DNA from: an uncultured Clostridiaceae bacterium
GTDB taxonomy: Bacteria > Bacillota > Clostridia > TANB77 > CAG-508
Length of the DNA stretch: 64,000 nucleotides
Direction of reading: 5' to 3'
Assembly (NCBI GenBank): GCA_946628065.1
Contig: CAMOWC010000002.1
Span: 68,119 to 132,118, forward strand
The translations under genes were made by a program, and so were the position numbers. The notes under the pieces were generated by a model. That model searched no databases. It was not told where the DNA came from and worked only from the letters and a program-made list of their open reading frames with translations. Positions 12,907-22,992 of the stretch are shown here, piece by piece; positions within the stretch are counted from its first letter, which is position 1, and every line of letters starts with the position of its first letter.

Positions 12907-12958
12907 TCGACCACATCTCTCATGACAAAATCAATTCTACATTAGAAAATATTTTCTT

Positions 12959-13621
12959 TTATTTTACAACTGTTTCTACAACAGTACATTGTATTTTTAC
13001 ATTTCCTACGTATTTCTTGCATTTTGTACAATAACCACAAGCGTATTCTATCGTTTCGCTTCTGCTTATGTAAAAGCTACTTTTTCCCCACTCATTTCCG
13101 CAATATTGGCAAAATCTTGTAAAACTTACATGGCCAGAATTGCTATCTACACTAAGAACTTTTGCAGCATTTAATGGTACCGCTGAATACACCTTTTTAG
13201 TTTTAATTTCTTTTGGTTTTGTATTTGTTTGCAAGCTTGTACTACTACTCTGTGAATTTGTACTTGTAATATTGTTTTGCGCGCTTGTGCTTGTATTCTT
13301 GTTTTGTGCATTTGTATTCACATTATTGCTTTGTATGTTTGTTCCTTTATTACTGCTTGGTATATTTGTATTTTTATTGTTTTCATTTGTATTTATGATT
13401 GTGTTTTGCATATTAATATTTGTATTTGTGTTTTCTCTTTCTTTAGACATTTTGTTCATGATCAAGTATCCAATTATAATTGCAAAAATAACTATAGTCC
13501 CAATTATTACGAGTGTTAATTTACTGTTTCTTTTACTAGTTTCACTATTTATTGGCTCTCCACATTCGCTACAAAACTTGGCCCCTTCCTTCAATTCTTT
13601 TCCACATTTTTTGCAATTCAT
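12959..13621 (-). CDS. zinc-ribbon membrane protein
   Basis: N-terminal CKKCG...FCSECG, one TM, Asn/Thr/Ser linker, Cys-rich C-terminus. Confidence 0.75.
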   Translation of the reverse strand: MNCKKCGKELKEGAKFCSECGEPINSETSKRNSKLTLVIIGTIVIFAIIIGYLIMNKMSKERENTNTNINMQNTIINTNENNKNTNIPSSNKGTNIQSNNVNTNAQNKNTSTSAQNNITSTNSQSSSTSLQTNTKPKEIKTKKVYSAVPLNAAKVLSVDSNSGHVSFTRFCQYCGNEWGKSSFYISRSETIEYACGYCTKCKKYVGNVKIQCTVVETVVK

Positions 13622-13756
13622 TAAAAATTCCCCCTATCTTTTGTTTTTTATTATATGTCTTCAGTAAATTCAGCATCTCCATATACAAATGCCACTTTAT
13701 CTAGTAAGGATATCTCATATTTTAGCGTTCTTTTTTTATCCATATCAAAGTTAAAT

Positions 13757-13839
13757 TGGTGCCCAGGACGGGATTCGAACCCGCAAGGTTTCCCACATGA
13801 TCCTGAATCATGCGCGTCTGCCAGTTCCGCCACCCGGGC
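13757..13839 (-). tRNA. tRNA-Leu(CAG)
   Basis: GCCCGGG acceptor, anticodon arm CATGA-TTCAGGA-TCATG, variable arm, TTCGAAT T-loop, encoded CCA. Confidence 0.93.
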
Positions 13840-13872
13840 ATATATTGGCATAAAGCATATGCCAATGATTAT

Positions 13873-14739
13873 TTAATTTAATTCATTTATATTCCTTATT
13901 ATTTTATATGCAGATTCATTTTGTTTTACGTAGTATCTATGCAATGCCTTTAATTCCATAGTATTAGACTTGTTTATTTCATCGTCTGTCATGTTTTGTA
14001 TGTACCCTTTTTCAAATAAGGCATCAATTTGATCTTGTCTGCATGCTCCATACGGATATGTAAATACTCTTATTTTAGATTTTCCAACATGACTTTCAAT
14101 GTTTTTATATGCAATATCAATATCAGATAAAAGTGTTTCTACACTCTCTTTATCATAAAAAATATGAGTTCTTCCATGAGAAAAAATACTTACTAAACCG
14201 CTTCTGCTCATTTCTTCAGCTTGTTCCCAGTTAAAATATCCATTTGTTCCAACTAGGTCATCCACAACATAAATTGCAGCTGGTATATTATACTTGGTTA
14301 GAATTGGAAAAGCATTATAATAATTTCCAGCCCATCCATCGTCAAATCCTATCAATACAGATTTTTCTGATATTGTCTTTTCTCCATTATAGTAGTCAAC
14401 TAAATCTTGGTAGCTTATAAACGTATATCCTTCTTCTAGCAAACCAGTTATTTGTTTTTCAAATTGCGTTGCTGTTGTTTGCATATAAAACAGATCTCTA
14501 GTTGGCTTCTCTGTTGGTATTTCGTGGTATAGCAAAATTGGAATTCTAATGTTCTTTTCTGATCTGTAGTACTTTTTTTCTGAATCAAGGTTATTATATT
14601 CTTCAGATGTTTTTACAACTATATATGATTTTATATTTTTAGCTTCATCATATATCTCTTTTGCAAGAGGATTTTTTGTAGCAAAAAATATAACTATAAC
14701 TATAACAAATATTAAAATAATCAATATCACTTTTTTCAT
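13873..14739 (-). CDS. polysaccharide deacetylase (NodB/CE4)
   Basis: PILLYH, GFDDGW, SHGRTH, FTYPYG; N-terminal TM. Confidence 0.88.
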   Translation of the reverse strand: MKKVILIILIFVIVIVIFFATKNPLAKEIYDEAKNIKSYIVVKTSEEYNNLDSEKKYYRSEKNIRIPILLYHEIPTEKPTRDLFYMQTTATQFEKQITGLLEEGYTFISYQDLVDYYNGEKTISEKSVLIGFDDGWAGNYYNAFPILTKYNIPAAIYVVDDLVGTNGYFNWEQAEEMSRSGLVSIFSHGRTHIFYDKESVETLLSDIDIAYKNIESHVGKSKIRVFTYPYGACRQDQIDALFEKGYIQNMTDDEINKSNTMELKALHRYYVKQNESAYKIIRNINELN

Positions 14740-14744
14740 AATAT

Positions 14745-15924
14745 CTATTCCTCTACTTCTTTTCTAAAGCTTTCTCCATATTGCAATTTTTCTAGGCCAA
14801 AAAAGTCTAGGATTGTTGCCGAAATATCTGCATATGTTGATCTTGTTCCAACGTTTGTATTTTTCTTTATTCCTTTTCCGTAAATTAAAATAGGAATATA
14901 TTCTCTCGAATGATCCGTACTAGGTGTACTTGGGTCGTTGCCATGGTCTGCAGTTATAATTAAGCAATCCGTATCACACATTGCATTCATTATTTCTGGT
15001 AGCTTGCTATCAAAATACTCTAATGCTTTTGCATAGCCATCTATATCGTTTCTATGTCCATATAACATATCTGTGTCTACCAAATTTGTAAAAATCAGTC
15101 CTTTGTTTCTTTTCTTTATTTCTTCTATTGTTTTTTCTATTCCATCTGCATTTCCTTGTGTGTGAATTGCTCTTGTAATTCCTCTTCCAGAAAACAGGTC
15201 CTCTATTTTGCCTATAGCTATTACTTCTCTTTTACTATCTTTTATCTCATCTAACATAGTTTTTCCAAAAGATTCTGATTCAAAGTCTTTCCTATTATAT
15301 GTTCTTTTAAAATTATCCGCTTTGTCTCCTACAAAAGGTCTTGCAATTACCGTACCGACATTGTATTTTTCTTGATCCAACATTTTTCTAGCAATCATAC
15401 AAATATTATATAATTGCTTGACGGGAATCACATCTTCGTGAGCTGCTATTTGAAAAACGCTATCTGCAGATGTGTAAATAATTGGATAACCTGTTTTTAT
15501 ATGTTCCTCTCCAAATCTTTTAAGAATTTCTGTCCCTGACCCAACTTCATTACAGAGTATCCCATTTAGTCCAGCTTTATCTTTAAATTCTTTAATCATT
15601 TCTTCTGGGAATGCATTCGGATAAGTCTTAAATCCTTTTTCTGTAACATAGCCTGAAATTTCCCAATGTCCGACTGGACTATTTTTACCTTTCGATTGCT
15701 CTGCAGCTCTTCCGGAAACATCCTATAGTTTTCTCTTCCTTGTCTTGTATGTCCACTCCATCAATGTTATATAGCCCTAGTTTTTTTAGGTTTGGCAAGT
15801 TTAATTTAGTGTTATTGTATATTCCAAATAAAGTATTGCTTCCTTCGTCTTTATAGTCACACGCATCTGGAAGTTCTCCTACTCCAAATCCATCTAGAAC
15901 TGTTATTATAAATCTTTCTATCAT
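14745..15924 (-). CDS. deoB: phosphopentomutase (+1 shift at CGGA 15714-15711)
   Basis: VLDGFGVGELPDA; +1 frame FGRAAEQSKGKNSPVGHWE joins the 284-aa ORF (YTSADSVFQIAAHE, YGHRND, TADHGNDP); about 392 aa. Confidence 0.92.
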
Positions 15925-18230
15925 TTTTCCACGCCTTTCTGCTTTAGATTAACATCATATTCAAAGATGTTTACCTTCTTTGTTGTTAAAGAACTTGCAT
16001 CTATTTCTTTTGTGAAGTATTGATTTGTATTAACTGTTTTTTTGCTTTTTAGTATAAATTCAAAATTATCCGAATTAATTATAGCCTTGCACGATTTATC
16101 CATTCCGAGTGGCAATGTTTTATTAAAATTGTCAAAAAATATTATATTTGTATAATAGGCTGCAGGCATTTGTTCTTGAAGGTTTATTTTAAATAGATTG
16201 TATTCATTTTGGCTTGAATCTGCACATTTCAGTTCCTCTCCAGCATCTAAAGAGTAAATTGAGTATCCATATAAATCTATTTTTTCATAAACAGAAGCAA
16301 CTTTATAAATTGGCATGTCAATTACACTCTTAGTCTTTTCAATGCTTCTTCTTAGGTTTTTTTCAATTATTTTTAATTTATTTTTAAAGTCTTGTAATTC
16401 TGTATCCTGATTTATGCCAAGGATGTTAAATAGATTTTTTTCAGTTTCTCTATGTTTATTTTTTCCAAGCACCTTTATTTTAGTTCTGTCTTCAGAAACA
16501 CTTCCAAAAATGTCAAATTCAACATATTCCCTATTTATTTCCTGCTCAGTTGCTTTCTTCTTAAGTTCTTCTAAAAGCTCTAAAATTTTCTCGTCTCCTA
16601 CTTTTATATGTGTTTTAAGTTTACTTAGAATATCAAGTATTTCACTATTAGCAACAAATATACTATCTTCTTCTTCTTTTGTTAAAATCTCTCTTTGTTC
16701 TTTGTCTATTTGTTTTGCTACTTCTTCTATATCATCTTCATAGCTAAATACTTTTCTTAGTACTTTTTCTTCTTGTTTTTCTTCGTCATCTTCGCCTGAG
16801 TTAAGTGCGGGTAAATCGTCTTTTGTGCTAAACTTCCAAAACTCAAATATGCTTTTTTTATGGCTTTCTATTTCATTTATGTATAGTGTTGCGTTTTCTA
16901 TCTTTTTTGTTAAATTTCTAACCTTAATATCTAAGGCATCAACATCTAATTGCTTACTCTTTTTTTCTTCCAGTATTTTAGAGTATTCTTGGTAGATTAC
17001 AATTAAGTCTTCAATTGTATATGTATCCTTTTCGTCATGTTTTCTTTCACTTTTTTCAATGTTATCTGCTACAGTAGCTTCCATTGTCATTTTTTTATCT
17101 TTTTTTGATTTCTTCCTGCTAAAAAAATATTTAACACGTCCAAAAAAGGTTTTCTTATATTGCAAATATGTTGATATCTCTTTTTGCTTTTCTAAGAATT
17201 CTCTTTCTTTTTGAGCTGCTTCATTTTTTAGGTCATCTAATTGCAAGCTTAATGCTTTTGACTGTTTTGTCGCCCTTTTTATATTTTTCTCAGTTTCTTT
17301 GTACTCATTTTTTATAAATTCTGGAAGGTCTTTATAGTCAATTTGTTTGTTTTTAAAATAAAAATTTAGCTCTCCATTTTCGCTTATGTCGTTATCAAAT
17401 TTATAAAAACTTGGTAACTCAGCTTGAAGAATAAATAATGCTTTTATTTCTTTATAAAACTTTTCAGCTTCCTCTTTATTTTTTAGTTGGACACGATAAG
17501 TAGATTTAATCCCTGGGTATTCCTCTATTTCTCCTACAATTATTATACTTTTTTCTTGTTTTTTATCTGTTACCTCATATACGCTTGGCCAATTTTTAGT
17601 AAATAGCCACATATAGTTTTCTATATCATTTATTTCGCTATTTCTTAAAATGTCTTCGCTCGGCTCGCAATTAGCTATTGGTACATATATGGACTTTACA
17701 TTTTTTTCTCTTTTTAATTGCTCTTTAAGCAAATAAAAGAATGCTCCAAATTCCATGTCATTACTTGGTACTAGCATAAAGTACTGGTCTGAATATTCCG
17801 AATAGTATATTTGCCATAAATAGTTTTTCTCGTATCTTACAGAAAATGGAATTGAGTCGTTAAGCCTTGATTGTTTTTCTTCAACATCTTGTATTTCTTT
17901 TATTTCTGTGTTTTTCAGCATATTAAGAAAAACTGCAAAATTTTCTATGCCTTCTTCGTCTTCTGATTTTAAGTATTCTGCTATAGGTTTTGCAGCTTCA
18001 TACTTTTCTTTTATCTCTGTTAGCCTGCTTTTTGGAGTAATTAAAATTTTTATTTTATTTATTGGCACATATTTATATACTAGGTATTCTTTATTATCAA
18101 ATTTTTTACTTGTTCTATATTCAAGTGGTCTGAAATCCTTCAAAAAATCCGGTATATTCTCTATATCTAGGCCAATATAATTTAATTTGTCTGTAAATCT
18201 TTCTTTCTCTTCTTTAGTCAATTCTGGCAT
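15921..18230 (-). CDS. large coiled-coil hypothetical protein
   Basis: long open frame; RBS GAGGAGG before ATG 18230; E/K-rich central region. Confidence 0.75.
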   Translation of the reverse strand: MPELTKEEKERFTDKLNYIGLDIENIPDFLKDFRPLEYRTSKKFDNKEYLVYKYVPINKIKILITPKSRLTEIKEKYEAAKPIAEYLKSEDEEGIENFAVFLNMLKNTEIKEIQDVEEKQSRLNDSIPFSVRYEKNYLWQIYYSEYSDQYFMLVPSNDMEFGAFFYLLKEQLKREKNVKSIYVPIANCEPSEDILRNSEINDIENYMWLFTKNWPSVYEVTDKKQEKSIIIVGEIEEYPGIKSTYRVQLKNKEEAEKFYKEIKALFILQAELPSFYKFDNDISENGELNFYFKNKQIDYKDLPEFIKNEYKETEKNIKRATKQSKALSLQLDDLKNEAAQKEREFLEKQKEISTYLQYKKTFFGRVKYFFSRKKSKKDKKMTMEATVADNIEKSERKHDEKDTYTIEDLIVIYQEYSKILEEKKSKQLDVDALDIKVRNLTKKIENATLYINEIESHKKSIFEFWKFSTKDDLPALNSGEDDEEKQEEKVLRKVFSYEDDIEEVAKQIDKEQREILTKEEEDSIFVANSEILDILSKLKTHIKVGDEKILELLEELKKKATEQEINREYVEFDIFGSVSEDRTKIKVLGKNKHRETEKNLFNILGINQDTELQDFKNKLKIIEKNLRRSIEKTKSVIDMPIYKVASVYEKIDLYGYSIYSLDAGEELKCADSSQNEYNLFKINLQEQMPAAYYTNIIFFDNFNKTLPLGMDKSCKAIINSDNFEFILKSKKTVNTNQYFTKEIDASSLTTKKVNIFEYDVNLKQKGVEK

Positions 18231-18331
18231 TTTGCTCCTCCTCGTTTTCATCATAGAGTATAACACAAAGCACTATTTCGTTCAATCATTTTTTGTATAT
18301 TTAACTCTTTTTAGTACAATATATATGTAAG

Positions 18332-18961
18332 GTGATAAAAATGAATCAAATAATGTATATACCGCATAAAACTAAAGTACATAAAGCAGTTTTATGGTCA
18401 ATTCTTTTTGTTTCTGTACTTATAATAATTGGTTCTATTTTTTACTTATGTTATCTAATTTTTAAAGATAATAAAAGGGTAGAAATTGCAAATTACATTA
18501 TGCAACCTTCACGTATTTCTACATTATATTCTTCTTCTGATAAATCACATGATGATATAAATTATGATGGTGTGGCCTACTCAATTGGGACTTTAGAAGT
18601 CCCCTCTATTAATTTATCTCTACCAGTTTTCTCCGAACTAACAGATGATCTGCTTAAAATATCAGCATGCCATTTTTATGGTCCTAAAAAAAATTTAATT
18701 GGTAATATCTGTATCGCCGGTCATAACTATAATGATGGTAGTTTGTTTAGCAATGTTCCAAATATCTTAGTTGGAGATTATATTTTTTTTACAGATTTAA
18801 ATAGCAATTCAAGCCAATATACAGTTTATAAAAAATATGAAATTAAATCAAATGATACTTCCTGCACAAGTCAAAAAACAAACGGGCATAAAGAAATAAC
18901 CCTAGTTACCTGTAATAACTTTACAGGTAACAGGATTATTATAAAAGCAATTTCTTTTTAA
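18332..18961 (+). CDS. sortase
   Basis: N-terminal TM, IAGHNY, ITLVTC, downstream Arg. Confidence 0.88.
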   Translation: MIKMNQIMYIPHKTKVHKAVLWSILFVSVLIIIGSIFYLCYLIFKDNKRVEIANYIMQPSRISTLYSSSDKSHDDINYDGVAYSIGTLEVPSINLSLPVFSELTDDLLKISACHFYGPKKNLIGNICIAGHNYNDGSLFSNVPNILVGDYIFFTDLNSNSSQYTVYKKYEIKSNDTSCTSQKTNGHKEITLVTCNNFTGNRIIIKAISF

Positions 18962-18966
18962 GATTA

Positions 18967-19389
18967 TTATTTTAAATTATAGTCTCTAATTTTCTTGTAA
19001 GCATATAAAGCTGAAACACCAAAAACTGCAATTATAGCAATTGTTACAATATTATCTGAGCTTCCTGCTTTAGGTAAGTTACTATTATTATATGTGCTAC
19101 TGTTATTTGTATTTGTGTTTCTTGTTGTGTTAGAGTTAGTATTTGTGTTAGTATTTGTATTTCTTGCAGTATTTGAATTTGTGTTAGTATTTACTGCTGC
19201 ATTTGTATTAGTATTAGTGTTATTAAATAAGTCATTCGTATTTGTTGAGTTTGTTGTATTTTGGCTTCCTGCATCATCAGGTATTTGTGTTATATCCTCA
19301 TCTGCTTCTGTAGCGAATACTACACTAAAAGCTCCTATTAGTAAAAATACAACTAATAATACTGTTAATAATTTTTTTGAATTTTTCAT
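18967..19389 (-). CDS. small LPXTG-type surface protein with Asn/Thr repeats
   Basis: signal peptide, NTNTNT repeats, LPKAG + TM + basic tail; convergent with the sortase. Confidence 0.8.
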   Translation of the reverse strand: MKNSKKLLTVLLVVFLLIGAFSVVFATEADEDITQIPDDAGSQNTTNSTNTNDLFNNTNTNTNAAVNTNTNSNTARNTNTNTNTNSNTTRNTNTNNSSTYNNSNLPKAGSSDNIVTIAIIAVFGVSALYAYKKIRDYNLK

Positions 19390-19501
19390 ATTTATTCTCC
19401 CTTTCAACTTTTATTATATACTTTTTCTTTAGTATATGTACTTTACCTATATATTTATACTACAAAAATCGAGAAATTGCAAGCTTTTTTCGTATTTTTG
19501 T

Positions 19502-19540
19502 ATTACATTTCTGTTACGTACATGTTTCAATTCTGTAACA
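19502..19540 (-). promoter_or_regulatory. four half-sites at 11-bp period (WalR/OmpR-like)
   Basis: TGTTAC-N5-TGAAAC-N5-CGTAAC-N5-TGTAAT upstream of TTGCAA-17-TATAAA. Confidence 0.45.
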
Positions 19541-19542
19541 TT

Positions 19543-20635
19543 TTATACGTTAAACCTAAATAATACAATGTCACCTTCTTGCATTATGTAATCTTTCCCC
19601 TCTAGTCTAAGCATTCCTTTTTCCTTTACAGCTGTCATCGAGCCCTCTTTTACAAGTTCGTCATATGAAACAACTTCTGCCCTTATAAAGCCTCTTTGAA
19701 TATCTGTATGTATTTTGCCTGCAGCTTCTGGTGCTTTTGTGCCTATTTTTATTGTCCATGCTCGTACTTCTGGTTCTCCAGCTGTTAAAAAGCTCATTAG
19801 TCCAAGGAGTTTATAGCTTGCTTTTATTACTTTGTCTAGGCCTGATTCATCTAGTCCAAGTTCGTTTAGCATTTCTTTTTTGTCTTGTTCATCAAGTATT
19901 GTAAGTTCTTCCTCAATTTTTACACACAAAGGAATAACTTCAGCATTTTCCTCTTTTGCAATTTCTTTTACTTTTTTTACGTTTTCATCATTTTGGGCAT
20001 TTTCAATTTGGCTCTCAGATATGTTTGCAACATATAAAATTGGTTTAGCCGTCAATAGCATTAAGTCCTTAATTGTTTCTTTTTCTTCATCGCTTAGTTT
20101 TACACTACGTGCTGGCTTTCCATTTGCAAGTGCTTCTTGAATTTTTTCTAAAGCCTCAAGTTCTAACGCATATTTTTTGTCTGCCTTTAGCATCTTTTTT
20201 GTTCTGTCTATTCTTTTTTCCATAGTCTCCATATCTGCAAGTACAAGCTCAAGATTTATTGTGTCAATATCACGAGATGGATCAATTGAGCCATCAACAT
20301 GGACAACATTGGGGTCTTCGAAGCATCTTACTACTTCACAAATTGCATCAACTTCTCTGATATGTGACAAGAATTTATTTCCTAGCCCTTCTCCCTTACT
20401 TGCTCCTTTTACAAGTCCTGCAATGTCAACAAATTCCACTACCGCAGGAGTTGTTTTTTCAGCTTTATACATTTCTGTAAGTACCTTTAGCCTTTCATCT
20501 GGTACTGCTACAACTCCAACATTTGGTTCTATTGTGCAAAATGGATAATTTGCACATTCTGCGCCAGCATTTGTTATAGCATTAAATAACGTACTTTTTC
20601 CAACATTCGGGAGCCCGTACTATTCCAATTTTCAT
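19543..20635 (-). CDS. ychF: redox-regulated ATPase YchF (+1 shift at CGGG 20617-20614)
   Basis: ATG AAA ATT GGA ATA GTA C|GGG CTC CCG AAT GTT GGA AAA AGT = MKIGIVGLPNVGKSTLFN; joined protein 363 aa. Confidence 0.95.
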
Positions 20636-20658
20636 GTTTCATTACCTCTTTCCGATAT

Positions 20659-22047
20659 CTATTTATTTTCTTCTATCTCTTTATTTACTGATACTTCATT
20701 TTTAAATGCCTCTATGCTACTTTTCTCTTTTTTCTTTGCTAAATCTTTTTTTGAAAGTTCAATAACTATTCTATGCACAAATATATTTAAACCAAGTACT
20801 GTTGCAATCTGGTTTCTATACGTAAAAAATGAATGTTCAACTGAATGATTTCTTATTAATGCATACCAAATGTATGGCGCAACTGCAATTACTATGTATG
20901 GTAGCATATTTGTTAATTTATATTGTTCATTTTTAAACATATTCTTTTTCAAGCATATAATTGTTATTGTCGCAGTTATTAAAAGTGTTACGGGTATAAT
21001 AATTTTTTCATATTCTAGATTATATTCTATTGCTTCTAAAATACTATATGATCTAGCATTGGATCTATATGTTATTTGTTGCAATCCAATTTCAATCAGA
21101 TTTCTTTGTAGAACTATATCTACTATGCTCCATTTAGTAATCCATGTAAGTCCATATCCTGCAAGCCATGATAGTCCAAGTTTTATTATCTCTATTATTA
21201 TGTCTTTCCATGTGTTAGTTTTATTGTCTTTTTCATTTAGCAAAAGGGCTACTGCAAGCGGAAAACAAAATGTAACCATTGGTACTGTTAATAAATCAAA
21301 AAAATTTGCTAGCATTCCTACAGCAAAAAACAATGGTGCTTTACTTAACATTGCATCATTTCTAGTTAGTAATATTATTGACGATATTACTGCTATTAAA
21401 AATATGAATACACCTTGTAAAGTATAACCTAAGTAGAAATATTCTACACTAAATAATGCTATTTCAAATATTATTGCTATAACTATGTTTGTTTTCTTTT
21501 GCAATATATAAAATAATGCTATAGCTAATGTAAACAGAATAGTAAAAAGTAATATTCTTATTCCATGTAAGTTTAAAAAAGTTAATAATGGTCTCAATAA
21601 AATAATATATCCATGCCAGTATCTTGCATATTCGAAGCTTTCTTCTGCTTCTCCATTTACTAAATCTCTTAGCTCTCCTACTTCATTATGGTATTTATAT
21701 TTAGAAGACGAGCTTAATTCTCCAACTTTGTCTTGCTCTATTTTTTTTGTTATCCCCTGTATATAGTTTTTCCTGTTTAGCAGAGCTGACTCTAGAGGAT
21801 TATTGCTGTCTACCGAATATATAGTGTTAATCATAAGAGCATCTGAATAGTTATCAAATTGCATTTCATGTTTTCTGTATGGCATTTTAACAATCTTTCT
21901 GTTTCCCTCTTCAAGCATTACATCTGCCGTTTCTTTTACATTTCTATAAATTGCTTCAGACGGAATACATGATGCTCCAAACAATGAGGCAACAAAAAAA
22001 ATAGTTAATACTATGTAAATAACTACACATTTTAATACCGTTTTCAT
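20659..22047 (-). CDS. multi-pass membrane protein (possible GT-C-like glycan modifier)
   Basis: YARYWHGY motif, many TM segments; function inferred only. Confidence 0.6.
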   Translation of the reverse strand: MKTVLKCVVIYIVLTIFFVASLFGASCIPSEAIYRNVKETADVMLEEGNRKIVKMPYRKHEMQFDNYSDALMINTIYSVDSNNPLESALLNRKNYIQGITKKIEQDKVGELSSSSKYKYHNEVGELRDLVNGEAEESFEYARYWHGYIILLRPLLTFLNLHGIRILLFTILFTLAIALFYILQKKTNIVIAIIFEIALFSVEYFYLGYTLQGVFIFLIAVISSIILLTRNDAMLSKAPLFFAVGMLANFFDLLTVPMVTFCFPLAVALLLNEKDNKTNTWKDIIIEIIKLGLSWLAGYGLTWITKWSIVDIVLQRNLIEIGLQQITYRSNARSYSILEAIEYNLEYEKIIIPVTLLITATITIICLKKNMFKNEQYKLTNMLPYIVIAVAPYIWYALIRNHSVEHSFFTYRNQIATVLGLNIFVHRIVIELSKKDLAKKKEKSSIEAFKNEVSVNKEIEENK

Positions 22048-22071
22048 TTGATTCTCCTATTAAAAAAATAA

Positions 22072-22147
22072 TGGAGCTTCCAGCGGGAATCGAACCCGCG
22101 ACCTCAGCCTTACCATGGCTGCGCTCTACCTACTGAGCTATAGAAGC
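22072..22147 (-). tRNA. tRNA-Thr(GGT)
   Basis: 76 nt cloverleaf, anticodon arm CAGCC-ATGGTAA-GGCTG, TTCGATT, CCA. Confidence 0.93.
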
Positions 22148-22153
22148 ATTTGT

Positions 22154-22810
22154 TTAGAGCATATCTTGCTCTCCATTCATTATACTTTTGGCAGCTTTTT
22201 TACGTATTCTTTGTATTGCATTATCAACAGATTTTACGGGCGCATCAAGTTTCTCTGCAATAGTCACATAGCTTTCACCATTTGAGTAACGGTGTAATAC
22301 CTGTTTTTCAAAGTCACTTAATGATGTGTCTATTTTATCTTCAACATAATGATAAAATTCTCTTTTTGTTATTGTGTCAAGAGGGTCTTCTACTAAATTA
22401 GAGTCAAGTATATCAATAATTGCTGTATCGTCGTCTTCTTCAAAAGCAGCCGTATTTAATGATATATATGAGTTTAGTGGTTGATGTTTTTGCCTATTAG
22501 ATGTTTTTATTGCAGTTATTAGCTGGCGTTCTATGCATAAGTTTGCGAAAGCCTTAAAAGAATTCTGTTTTTCTTTATCAAAGCATTTTATAGCTTTATA
22601 TAAGCCTATCATTCCCTCTTGAAAAATGTCTTCTTTTTCAGCGCCAACAATAAAATACTTGCTAACTTTCATTGTAACAAGCTCTCTATATCGTTTTAAT
22701 AAAATTTCAACTGCGTCTTGATTTCCTTTATTGATAACAGAAATAAGCTCCTCATCTGTTAAATTACTCAAATCTTTATCAAATGAATAAAATGCATTGT
22801 TGCTTTTCAT
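22154..22810 (-). CDS. sigH: RNA polymerase sigma-H factor
   Basis: EDIFQEGMIGLYKAI, RQLITAIKTSNRQKHQPLNSYISL, KSVDNAIQRIRKK. Confidence 0.93.
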   Translation of the reverse strand: MKSNNAFYSFDKDLSNLTDEELISVINKGNQDAVEILLKRYRELVTMKVSKYFIVGAEKEDIFQEGMIGLYKAIKCFDKEKQNSFKAFANLCIERQLITAIKTSNRQKHQPLNSYISLNTAAFEEDDDTAIIDILDSNLVEDPLDTITKREFYHYVEDKIDTSLSDFEKQVLHRYSNGESYVTIAEKLDAPVKSVDNAIQRIRKKAAKSIMNGEQDML

Positions 22811-22992
22811 TAAATTAGAATGACCTCCTGATGAAAAATTATACCACTACCGCTATTATAAGCAACAAGAGCCCTTATGTCAAGTAATTTACAGCATTTT
22901 TTATCTTTTTAACTTGCATTTAATTTATACAAAAAAACATTGACTTTTGGTATTTTGCATTTTAAAATGTTTTAGTGAAAGGAAATTATAAT

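Noticed and set aside
12459-13757. Integrated element at the tRNA-Leu 3' end
   Set aside because: No integrase and no duplicated tRNA 3' end seen.
13651-13876. Short ORFs on both strands
   Set aside because: They are shadows of tRNA-Leu(CAG).
13757-22147. The two tRNAs as candidate frameshift-suppressor tRNAs
   Set aside because: Both have standard 7-nt anticodon loops (Leu-CAG, Thr-GGT); any causal tRNA or factor is not visible in this window.
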